Below, in pieces: positions 16,177 through 22,978 of a stretch of 64,000 bases of DNA. How positions within the stretch are numbered: position 1 is the stretch's first letter; every line of letters starts with the position of its first letter. The notes under the pieces are model-generated. The model was not told where the DNA came from, searched no databases, and saw nothing but the letters and a program-made list of their open reading frames with translations. A program made the position numbers and the translations under genes. Source of the stretch: a virus (Duplodnaviria > Caudoviricetes); the IMG/VR virus record IMGVR_UViG_3300044712_000786, positions 128,001 to 192,000 of that record, one strand, 5' to 3'.

Positions 16177-16252
16177 TGGAGGCTCAGGTTGGAATTTCAC
16201 CAACGTCAGTCAAGTTAACGGCTTGATGCTCGAATGTCTGAGCTACTGAGCC
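16177..16252 (-). tRNA. tRNA-Asn(GTT), second copy
   Basis: UCAAG-CCGUUAA-CUUGA; U73. Confidence 0.8.
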
Positions 16253-16394
16253 AATATTAAATCTCGAATCCATCTTAAATGGACTACTTGGCTTTCAAGA
16301 TTTTTAAAAGCAATTACTACATCACGAGAAGTTAAATAATTCATCGGATGATAACAAAAATCATCCCTCACGCGCACTACCTGATATAGGTGTT

Positions 16395-16583
16395 TCATAA
16401 TTGTTCCCAATATAGTTCTTTGGGGTCCTTGGTCAATTCCATAATCCTCTCTAGGATTTCCTCCCTTGTCTTTCGTCTAGCTCGCCCCTTTTTGACCCCG
16501 TCCTTGGAGTTACTACAAATAGGGCACTTATCAGAATTATGCCGCTTGTTTTGATGTTTAGGGGGTTTACCGTAGGGTTTCAT
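16395..16583 (-). CDS. small basic protein
   Basis: MKPYG...CPIC...KGRARR. Confidence 0.6.
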   Translation of the reverse strand: MKPYGKPPKHQNKRHNSDKCPICSNSKDGVKKGRARRKTREEILERIMELTKDPKELYWEQL

Positions 16584-16756
16584 ACAGAAGCCTCTGCCCC
16601 CACTAGAGCCAAAGCTAAGCTTCCCACGGGCTCCCCAGCTTGCTTAATAACTCTTCTTAGATGGTCCGCTACCTCTTTACATGCTTCCTGCTCAGCGGCA
16701 GAAAGCTGAGAAATAAGACCTTTAATAATTAAAACAGTTTCTTGTTCACTTGTCAT
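16580..16756 (-). CDS. hypothetical protein (58 aa, not in ORF track)
   Basis: Manual translation MTSEQETVLIIKGLISQLSAAEQEACKEVADHLRRV... Confidence 0.55.
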   Translation of the reverse strand: MTSEQETVLIIKGLISQLSAAEQEACKEVADHLRRVIKQAGEPVGSLALALVGAEASV

Positions 16757-16760
16757 AAAA

Positions 16761-16836
16761 TGGTAGGCATGGCAGAAATTGCATCTGCATAAAACAATTT
16801 CGAAGATTGGTGCCTAATCTATTCGGCCACATGCCC
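16761..16836 (-). tRNA. tRNA-Arg(TCG)
   Basis: CAAU-CUUCGAA-AUUG, CCA. Confidence 0.85.
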
Positions 16837-16851
16837 ATAAAATTTAAAACG

Positions 16852-16958
16852 GGGATTTCACTAATGTTCCATTAAAAAGTGTGCTGCCAATTACACTACC
16901 GGGGCATAAGCGCCCCAGAGAGGACTCGAACCTCTACTTCCTTCATCATGTCTATCCC
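16852..16958 (-). ncRNA. YrlA-type Y-RNA-like RNA enclosing a circularly permuted tRNA domain
   Basis: Order T arm - acceptor 3' strand - GCUUAU loop - acceptor 5' strand - D arm, inside a GGGAUAGAC...AGUGAAAUCCCC stem. Confidence 0.7.
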
Positions 16959-16961
16959 TAT

Positions 16962-17044
16962 GGAGGATTTCACTAAACGGGACCGTCGCCCCTCGTTCTA
17001 CCCTCTTTCTCGCTTGTAAGGCGAGCGAGTAATAATCTATCTCC
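16962..17044 (-). ncRNA. paralogous Y-RNA-like scaffold carrying a UAC anticodon-like hairpin
   Basis: GGAGAUAGA...AGUGAAAUCCUCC; inner CUCGC-CUUACAA-GCGAG. Confidence 0.6.
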
Positions 17045-17056
17045 ATTTAGCTAAAG

Positions 17057-17131
17057 CATCCCAGACAGGAGTTGCACCCATATAAATCTTGGTTCGTAGC
17101 CAAGTGCCTAATCTATTCGCGCCACTGGGAT
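17057..17131 (-). tRNA. tRNA-Arg(ACG), CCA not encoded
   Basis: CUUGG-CUACGAA-CCAAG. Confidence 0.85.
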
Positions 17132-17139
17132 AAATCACA

Positions 17140-17204
17140 AGCCGCTATCGATGTTCCGCCCATAATAGCCAGTTATCAGGGCAATCAATAGAACACTAAC
17201 GGTT
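17140..17204 (-). ncRNA. hairpin-closed spacer RNA
   Basis: Nested stems AACCGUUA/UAGCGGCU, UGUUC/GAACA, GCCC/GGGC. Confidence 0.4.
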
Positions 17205-17223
17205 AAATATAAAACAATAAAAG

Positions 17224-17505
17224 TCATAATGGTTCATTAAACATCTTCTGAAGAGCTTCCAAAGTAATCTCTTGCCTCGAAATCTCGCGCCAATGAAGGT
17301 CGCTTATCGGTTCACTCTTATTACCGTAACCAGCTTGAGTTTCAATCTCAACTATGAAATACTTAGCTTTTGATTCGTCCGAACAAGCTCTTTCAATAGC
17401 TTTATCTAAAACTCCCCAGTGACCCCTTTCGACGTATTTATACAAGAAAACTACGGTGTCTTTGTCGCCTTGTATCTCGACCCGCTTGATGTTGATTAAG
17501 TCCAT
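17224..17505 (-). CDS. hypothetical protein
   Basis: ORF track. Confidence 0.6.
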   Translation of the reverse strand: MDLINIKRVEIQGDKDTVVFLYKYVERGHWGVLDKAIERACSDESKAKYFIVEIETQAGYGNKSEPISDLHWREISRQEITLEALQKMFNEPL

Positions 17506-17509
17506 AAAT

Positions 17510-17583
17510 TGGTTGCGGTTTGTGGAGTTACACCACCCCCCTAGCTTATGAGACTAGGATGCAATTACTTACACCTTCCCGCA
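17510..17583 (-). tRNA. tRNA-Met(CAT), initiator-like acceptor
   Basis: UGCGGG.../CCGCA-A-CCA; loop CUCAUAA; lacks the three G-C pairs of the anticodon stem. Confidence 0.7.
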
Positions 17584-17586
17584 AAT

Positions 17587-17675
17587 TGGTGCGAGCGGTA
17601 GGATTTCCACCTACGGCGTAGCTTTCGCTAGACGGCTTAAAAGGCCGTTTCCTTCGTGTCCTCGGTCACGCTCGC
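17587..17675 (-). tRNA. tRNA with TTT (Lys) anticodon and long variable arm
   Basis: ACGGC-CUUUUAA-GCCGU; V arm UAGC-GAAA-GCUA; 89 nt. Confidence 0.8.
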
Positions 17676-17680
17676 GTGTG

Positions 17681-17734
17681 CCCATCCTTGACTCGCGTCT
17701 TGTCTTCAACACCACCTTGTTAAGACGGGATGGG
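17681..17734 (-). ncRNA. 54-nt three-way-junction spacer RNA
   Basis: CCCAUCC/GGAUGGG closing stem, GUCUU/AAGAC and GAC-GCGA-GUC hairpins. Confidence 0.5.
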
Positions 17735-17735
17735 T

Positions 17736-18176
17736 TTAAATTAACGTATCATTAAAAATATCTGCCGTTAGGTAATCTGCCGCTATATTGAACTTTCCTT
17801 TTCTCTTAGCCTTTTCGATACGTAGAGAAATACCTGACTTAAAATCTTTTGCAAAACTAGACTTAATATAGTAACAGTTTTGATTCTCTGGACAATAGAC
17901 GGCAATCGCATCTATATCACTAAAATCAATTGTTTTAGCTTTCCAACCTTGGGTATTAGTAGAAATACTTCGTAGTGGAATAACTATTGAACCATTCACC
18001 AATCCGACATATTTTACTGATAATCTCGCTAACTTTCCATTTGCACTAATAGCTATAAGGTCAAAAGGTAAATGTTCAGAAATTGGCAATGCTACTTTAA
18101 TGCCTTTACGGTCTAAATCAGCGATTACTTGAATTAATCCAGTATCGCCCTTCTCTTTAGTTATGGCCTTTGTCAT
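17736..18176 (-). CDS. PD-(D/E)XK endonuclease (PDDEXK_5-like, putative homing endonuclease)
   Basis: KGDTG...DL..KG..VALP..EHLPFDLI...SVKY. Confidence 0.75.
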   Translation of the reverse strand: MTKAITKEKGDTGLIQVIADLDRKGIKVALPISEHLPFDLIAISANGKLARLSVKYVGLVNGSIVIPLRSISTNTQGWKAKTIDFSDIDAIAVYCPENQNCYYIKSSFAKDFKSGISLRIEKAKRKGKFNIAADYLTADIFNDTLI

Positions 18177-18233
18177 AACTATTATTACACCAGAATACGC
18201 AACTAGTGTAGTTTAATTTATATTAAATAATTA

Positions 18234-18308
18234 TGGGTCCCCCTCAGAGACTCGCACTCTGTTTCACTAGTTTACAGGACTAGGCATCACTATCAATGTT
18301 TAGGGGGC
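18234..18308 (-). tRNA. tRNA-Thr(TGT)
   Basis: CUAGU-CCUGUAA-ACUAG; G1.A72 mismatch. Confidence 0.8.
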
Positions 18309-18313
18309 AAAAT

Positions 18314-18400
18314 TGGTGCGTCGTGTGAGTAACGCTCTCACTCGCCCCCGAAGGGGAACGGGGTTACAGCCCGTCTAGCCTCTTTAGCCTCTACCGACGC
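18314..18400 (-). tRNA. tRNA-Tyr(GTA)
   Basis: ACGGG-CUGUAAC-CCCGU, long V arm, A73-CCA. Confidence 0.88.
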
Positions 18401-18409
18401 ATTAAAAAA

Positions 18410-18565
18410 TTAAGGTATAAGTAACAAATGATGATATTCAAGAACGTTTCGAATTGTCTGAGCTAAACTTAAACCGCACACGCCTTCCCGTTGACCCTCT
18501 TCCCACTCTTCGATTGTTTGTGCGATTAATTTAGTAATATCATCCCATGTATTTGGATTTTCCAT
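18410..18565 (-). CDS. hypothetical protein (51 aa, not in ORF track)
   Basis: Manual translation MENPNTWDDITKLIAQTIEEWEEGQREGVCGLSLAQTI... Confidence 0.5.
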   Translation of the reverse strand: MENPNTWDDITKLIAQTIEEWEEGQREGVCGLSLAQTIRNVLEYHHLLLIP

Positions 18566-18569
18566 AAAA

Positions 18570-18803
18570 TTAGTTAGAACCGGAAATCAGCCAACGGTCC
18601 TTTAATTCCTTAAACTTAGCTTTCATTGCAAATTCATCGTCTGGATAAGCGTGTCTAGCGGCAAGTAAAGCTAATTGGACGGTAAGCTTATGACGTAATT
18701 CGTCTAGGGTCCCATCCACTCTATAATGTGGAAACTCTCTTATCTCTTCATTAGTCAACAAACGGTCGTCGTCTGTTAATACCATGCTCATAGTTAACTT
18801 CAT
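18570..18803 (-). CDS. hypothetical protein
   Basis: ORF track. Confidence 0.6.
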   Translation of the reverse strand: MKLTMSMVLTDDDRLLTNEEIREFPHYRVDGTLDELRHKLTVQLALLAARHAYPDDEFAMKAKFKELKDRWLISGSN

Positions 18804-18806
18804 AAA

Positions 18807-19100
18807 CTAAGAATTTAAGGCTTTAATATGTTTTACTAACCACGAAGTATGAATAGTCTCAGAAGTAAAACCATTTTGCCATTTTACTATTGCATATTCT
18901 CCGTAACAATAGTGATTATCTTGGAGGTTTAAGTTTGTAACTTCGCCAGTTAAATTATTTTGATGAATTTCTCTATATTGCTCTTTATCATACTGCTCAC
19001 CATCATACAGCATAGAAGCCCACTTATGCTCTAATTTAACCGTGTCTCCCACTTGTAAACCAGAAGTTTTCATAGACCAGAACGGTTGTCTTGAAACCAC
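18807..19100 (-). CDS. hypothetical SH3/KOW-like protein
   Basis: LQVGDTVKL...GEV...AIVKW. Confidence 0.55.
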   Translation of the reverse strand: MVSRQPFWSMKTSGLQVGDTVKLEHKWASMLYDGEQYDKEQYREIHQNNLTGEVTNLNLQDNHYCYGEYAIVKWQNGFTSETIHTSWLVKHIKALNS

Positions 19101-19264
19101 TTAATAATCTGTATAACTTGAGGATTCTCGGAGTCCACACAATCAGGTAAGATACCTTGAGCTATAAGGAACCCCATAGAGCCCTTGCAATCTTCTTTGG
19201 AAGGAAAAGCCCCAACGAAGTCCTTAGTCGTTTCTTCTATTACCTGTTCTTGCAATGATTTCAT
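19070..19264 (-). CDS. hypothetical protein
   Basis: ORF track. Confidence 0.55.
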   Translation of the reverse strand: MKSLQEQVIEETTKDFVGAFPSKEDCKGSMGFLIAQGILPDCVDSENPQVIQIIKWFQDNRSGL

Positions 19265-19271
19265 ATTAAAT

Positions 19272-19338
19272 TGGTCGCCCTTGCGGGTCTCCCGCTTCTC
19301 CGCTCAATAGCGGTATCCTTAATTTAGACGATTGGGCG
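19272..19338 (-). pseudogene. degenerate tRNA (no assignable anticodon)
   Basis: ACCA end, Glu/Gln-like D arm, 6-nt anticodon loop, 4-nt T loop. Confidence 0.55.
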
Positions 19339-19368
19339 ATTAAATTGGTTTAGCGCTCTCCCATAAAT

Positions 19369-19436
19369 TGGAGCCCCATCGGATATTGCAATCCGCACGC
19401 TTGTTTACCGAACAAGACTAGGCACTTGCACAGGGC
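19369..19436 (-). tRNA. D-arm-reduced tRNA-Thr(GGT)
   Basis: 68 nt; CUUGU-UCGGUAA-ACAAG; no D stem. Confidence 0.65.
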
Positions 19437-19730
19437 TTACATAAACATTTTTCCTATAAGTCTAATTTCTAAAATACTCACATGGATAGTATTTCTAATA
19501 TCAGGTTGAACCATCAAGAAACGGCCTAAATGAAAAGAGGGTTCATCATAGAATCTGCTAATTTTATCCCAAAGTTGTGGAACAATGCACTTAATATTTA
19601 AAGATTTCATTTTTTATAGGGCTACCCAAAACTGATATATATAAAGGTAATCTAATATCAATTACTTCCCTAAGATGAACATAGATTATTCTAGGCAGTT
19701 GAAAACATGAAGTAGTAAGACTGACCTTTT

Positions 19731-21020
19731 TCATTTATTCAACTCAAATCCATGAATCTTAAACCTATGTTGAACTTCATCCCAAACCGCATTCAATACA
19801 GCGGGGTCTTCATGAACTTTCCCGTTATGAACATCAGGATGAATAGCCTTAATTCTCTCCATGTATTTTTCCTTAGCCAGCTTTAAAACATCTTTATGTT
19901 CCATTGGACGGCTCCAAAAACGATGACGCTTGTTAGGCCCCGCCCGAAGTCTCCCCTGAATCGTCTTTCCATTCCTGCCATACATATGGCTAGGCTGGTT
20001 CATATCGTTCTTTTTCAGTCCTAAGTATCTGAGCATCATGGTAATACTGGCAGTCTTGGGATTAATCTTATTAACTTCTATCGGTTTTTCATCATCCCCG
20101 TATTCCTTACTTTCCTTTTTCTTGAAGGATTCTACGGCAACCGAATCAGAAAGCTTGCTTTTCCTAATAGACTCGATATATTCACCTAAAGACTTAATAG
20201 AGTCTTGAGCGTCATCTATGGCAGACTTCATTTCTTGGAGAGAATCTATAGGAGCCGTTTCGAACATAGCTTCGAATTTTTTGGCATCTACAGATAAAAG
20301 ATTATCGAGAAATGCATTCGTTTTTATTAAAAACCTCTTAATAGAATACGTCCCATTAAATAGACGAAGCCTATTTGTCTTATCAGCGTCAACGCGAATG
20401 TCCTTCTCTCTAACTGTCACCGCTATTAATTTTCTCGCCTCATCAATAGAACATCGATTTGTGCTAATAGTGTTAGCAAGTTTTACTTGTTCTTCTTTGG
20501 GAATACCCACGAGTAAAGAGCAAATATAATAACTAAGCCGATTTCCTTCGGAAACCATAGGGCCAGCCAACTTTTGAACATCAGGCTCCAAAGTAAGAAT
20601 TTTAGCGACTAAACACACCCAACTTTGAGACCTACCTAATTTTTCTCCGATTTCGCGCTGGCCTACCTCTAACTCTAGAAGGTGCTCGATAGATTGGGCA
20701 ACCTCTAGGGGGGTAAGAGTATCTCTTTGTAAATTCGTAGTAAGAGACAAGAATAACTGCTCTACTTCCGTTTCTACACGTTTTACGACAGCATCTATAT
20801 TCTTGTAACCTAGCTCCTTACATGCGGCAAGACGCTTCTTTCCGTCAATTAATTCGAAAAATTCTCCTTCGTCATCTATAGGTTTTACTATGATAGGAAC
20901 ATTCAAACCATATTCATCTATGCTGTGTATCAATCCATTTAGAGAATCCTGATTAATGAATTGGCAAGGATTATTTGCAAATTGGCGAATGTTATCGATT
21001 TGGATAGACTTGATGTCCAT
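19731..21020 (-). CDS. ParB/Spo0J-family protein with C-terminal J-domain-like segment
   Basis: GLNVPIIV..ELIDGKKR, ENLQR-like TNLQRDTLTPLE, HTH; C-terminal IKAIHPD. Confidence 0.8.
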   Translation of the reverse strand: MDIKSIQIDNIRQFANNPCQFINQDSLNGLIHSIDEYGLNVPIIVKPIDDEGEFFELIDGKKRLAACKELGYKNIDAVVKRVETEVEQLFLSLTTNLQRDTLTPLEVAQSIEHLLELEVGQREIGEKLGRSQSWVCLVAKILTLEPDVQKLAGPMVSEGNRLSYYICSLLVGIPKEEQVKLANTISTNRCSIDEARKLIAVTVREKDIRVDADKTNRLRLFNGTYSIKRFLIKTNAFLDNLLSVDAKKFEAMFETAPIDSLQEMKSAIDDAQDSIKSLGEYIESIRKSKLSDSVAVESFKKKESKEYGDDEKPIEVNKINPKTASITMMLRYLGLKKNDMNQPSHMYGRNGKTIQGRLRAGPNKRHRFWSRPMEHKDVLKLAKEKYMERIKAIHPDVHNGKVHEDPAVLNAVWDEVQHRFKIHGFELNK

Positions 21021-21062
21021 TGTTTAAAAATATCAGAAATTTTACGGAACACAAGGAAAAAT

Positions 21063-21140
21063 TGGTGCGGTACGTCGGACTTGCACCGACCTTATTTCAG
21101 TTTGGAAGACTGACGCCATAACTATCTAGGCGACTACCGC
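21063..21140 (-). tRNA. tRNA-Gly(TCC)
   Basis: UCAGU-CUUCCAA-ACUGA, CCA. Confidence 0.88.
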
Positions 21141-21147
21141 ATTAAAT

Positions 21148-21221
21148 TGGTAGGGCATTTCGGTAACGCTCCGAGACACTAACTTTGTAGGAGTTAGTCA
21201 ACACCTTGGTTGCCATGCCCT
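21148..21221 (-). tRNA. tRNA-Val(TAC)
   Basis: UAACU-CCUACAA-AGUUA, A73-CCA. Confidence 0.8.
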
Positions 21222-21504
21222 AATGTAAATCAAAAGAAAAATAGGCTTTAGAACCAACTTCTTTATAAGCCTCTATTGGAAGAAAGTAAACGCCCAACAA
21301 TTTAGCAATAACTAAGCCTAAGTCTTTCTTATTGACTCTAAAACAAAAGGATTGATTATCATTAGTGCGTTCATTCCAATCTACGAATTCTAGCGATGGA
21401 ATTCTTGCTAAGCATCTTTTTATATCAGAGTGACATCCGCCCCATCCATAATCACAACCATCACTCCAACTATCTAACTTATAATCAGATTTAAATACTT
21501 TCAT
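21220..21504 (-). CDS. hypothetical protein
   Basis: ORF track; start moved. Confidence 0.55.
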   Translation of the reverse strand: MKVFKSDYKLDSWSDGCDYGWGGCHSDIKRCLARIPSLEFVDWNERTNDNQSFCFRVNKKDLGLVIAKLLGVYFLPIEAYKEVGSKAYFSFDLH

Positions 21505-21507
21505 AAA

Positions 21508-21583
21508 TGGTATCCCCGACTGGACTCCCACCAGTAATCTTCTCCTTAGAAGGGAGTGGCTTTAGTAATTTAGCTACGGGGAC
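21508..21583 (-). tRNA. tRNA-Arg(TCT)
   Basis: CUCC-CUUCUAA-GGAG, CCA. Confidence 0.88.
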
Positions 21584-21591
21584 TTAAAAAA

Positions 21592-21859
21592 ACTAGAGAT
21601 TGCTTTTACGCTAAAGACCAGAACATTGTACTTCTGTCTGCCGCTTCTTACTCGGTAGCCCTTAGCCGACTTTACGGCTAGCTCCACGCTTTCATCCCTT
21701 CCGCGAAGGCTCTTACATCCTATTATTAGCTACTAACAGGGTAGGAGAAATCCCTCGTATCGGATTTCGGGGTCATCCTGCGGTTAATTCCGCTCAGGTT
21801 CGTGCGAGAAGGACGAGTCACTTATCATGGATGGCTGTTTCTGAGCCTACCACTCTAGT
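21592..21859 (-). ncRNA. ~270-nt structured RNA with ends resembling 23S rRNA H43/H44
   Basis: CUAGAG/CUCUAG closing stem; GGCUCAGAAACAGCCAUCC and GCGUAAAAGC; several internal hairpins; no ORF. Confidence 0.7.
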
Positions 21860-22052
21860 TTAAAATTGTATGGTATTAGTTCAGGCTTTTACTGCTCTAT
21901 AATGATACGCTCCACCCATAACGGTTAAGCATGAAGCTGAGCTTTCTGTTCTCGAACAAATTGTGCCCGAAGTGAGGACTCTTACCCCAATTTACGTTGC
22001 ATCCCTCGGGCTAAGTGCAACCTGCTTTCTGTTCACGCAACATATGGAAGAT

Positions 22053-22128
22053 TGGTGGACACAGGCGGGTAACGCTCCCGCTTCTCACTCCTTGCAAGGG
22101 AGGCACATCACTTTTCTGTCACTGGCCC
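22053..22128 (-). tRNA. tRNA-Ala(TGC)
   Basis: CUCC-CUUGCAA-GGAG; G3:U70. Confidence 0.85.
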
Positions 22129-22142
22129 AAAATTATTGTTAC

Positions 22143-22171
22143 TTGCGCGGGGAATAACCGTGTAATATAAT
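22143..22171 (+). promoter_or_regulatory. promoter for the antisense HNH gene
   Basis: TTGCGC-N17-TATAAT. Confidence 0.5.
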
Positions 22172-22173
22172 AT

Positions 22174-22545
22174 ATGAGGCATAGCCCTATAAAATTACTT
22201 TGCGCGTTTTGTAAAGAATCTTTTACTCGACCACTGTCTAAGTTAAAAAATAGTAAATCAAAAATATACTTTTGCTCTCGTCATTGTAAAGACGAGGCTC
22301 AAAAAATAAAGAATAAATTTACCGATATCCACCCATCGCATTACGGAACAGGCTCTTGCAAAGAAACATATAGACGCATTGCTCTAGAAAACCTTCCTCA
22401 TAAATGCAATCGTTGTGGTTACAATAAATTACTAGGCGTATTAGCAGTACATCATAAAGATAGAGACAAATCAAATAATCTAGTTAGTAACTTAGAAATT
22501 CTTTGCCATAACTGTCATGCCGAAGAACATATTCTAAACGATTAA
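22174..22545 (+). CDS. HNH endonuclease with zinc-binding N-terminus
   Basis: CxxC, YFCSRHC, VHHKDRDKSNN...NLEILCHNCHAEEH. Confidence 0.85.
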   Translation: MRHSPIKLLCAFCKESFTRPLSKLKNSKSKIYFCSRHCKDEAQKIKNKFTDIHPSHYGTGSCKETYRRIALENLPHKCNRCGYNKLLGVLAVHHKDRDKSNNLVSNLEILCHNCHAEEHILND

Positions 22546-22548
22546 AAT

Positions 22549-22641
22549 TGGTACTCCCCGTAGGTAACGCTCCTACACACGGCACTCATCTAGTGCGACT
22601 TGGGCTTATAAGGCCCACGATTCTCTTTGAATTAGGGGAGC
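22549..22641 (-). tRNA. tRNA with TAT (Ile) anticodon and long variable arm
   Basis: UGGGC-CUUAUAA-GCCCA; V arm GCACU-AGAUG-AGUGC; 93 nt. Confidence 0.8.
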
Positions 22642-22650
22642 AAAAAATTA

Positions 22651-22710
22651 CCATCAGGCCATGGTTTACATTACCATCTTTAAGACTTACGGTTTGTATC
22701 GTCCTGATGG
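22651..22710 (-). ncRNA. hairpin-closed spacer RNA
   Basis: CCAUCAGG/CCUGAUGG 8-bp terminal stem; contains GUAAGUCUUAAAG. Confidence 0.45.
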
Positions 22711-22716
22711 ACAAAT

Positions 22717-22790
22717 TGGAGCACTATATCGGTACTGCCCCGACTTATCCAGATTGGCAATCTGATGCATCACTTTTATGCTAATAGTGC
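22717..22790 (-). tRNA. tRNA-Gly(GCC)
   Basis: CAGA-UUGCCAA-UCUG, U73-CCA. Confidence 0.88.
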
Positions 22791-22796
22791 TGAAAA

Positions 22797-22870
22797 TGGT
22801 CCGATATGTCAGAATCGCACTGACCCCACAAGTTCCCAAAACTTGCATGCTACTTCAACACCTATATCGG
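22797..22870 (-). tRNA. tRNA-Pro(TGG)
   Basis: CAAGU-UUUGGGA-ACUUG; C1-G72, A73. Confidence 0.88.
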
Positions 22871-22879
22871 AGTGTAAAT

Positions 22880-22963
22880 TGGTAGGCGTAGAGAGACTTG
22901 CACTCCCAAGGCTTCATGGTCCTAAGCCATGCGACTCTGCTATTCGTCCTTAACCATACGCCC
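22880..22963 (-). tRNA. tRNA-Leu(TAG)
   Basis: CAUGG-CUUAGGA-CCAUG; short V region, long D region. Confidence 0.82.
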
Positions 22964-22978
22964 ATTAAATAGTTTCCT

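Noticed and set aside
16852-16958. Hammerhead ribozyme (UGAUGA and GAAA present)
   Set aside because: Core reads AUGAUGA not CUGAUGA, and the GAAA is not followed by a stem III/NUH geometry.
21592-21859. RNase P RNA or a true rRNA fragment
   Set aside because: P4 signature sequences of RNase P were not found; rRNA similarity is limited to two short end segments.
11277-22953. ORF-track entries overlapping tRNAs (11277, 11345, 11949, 12755, 14870, 21963, 22548, 22765)
   Set aside because: They are translations of tRNA/ncRNA sequence with no protein-like composition.
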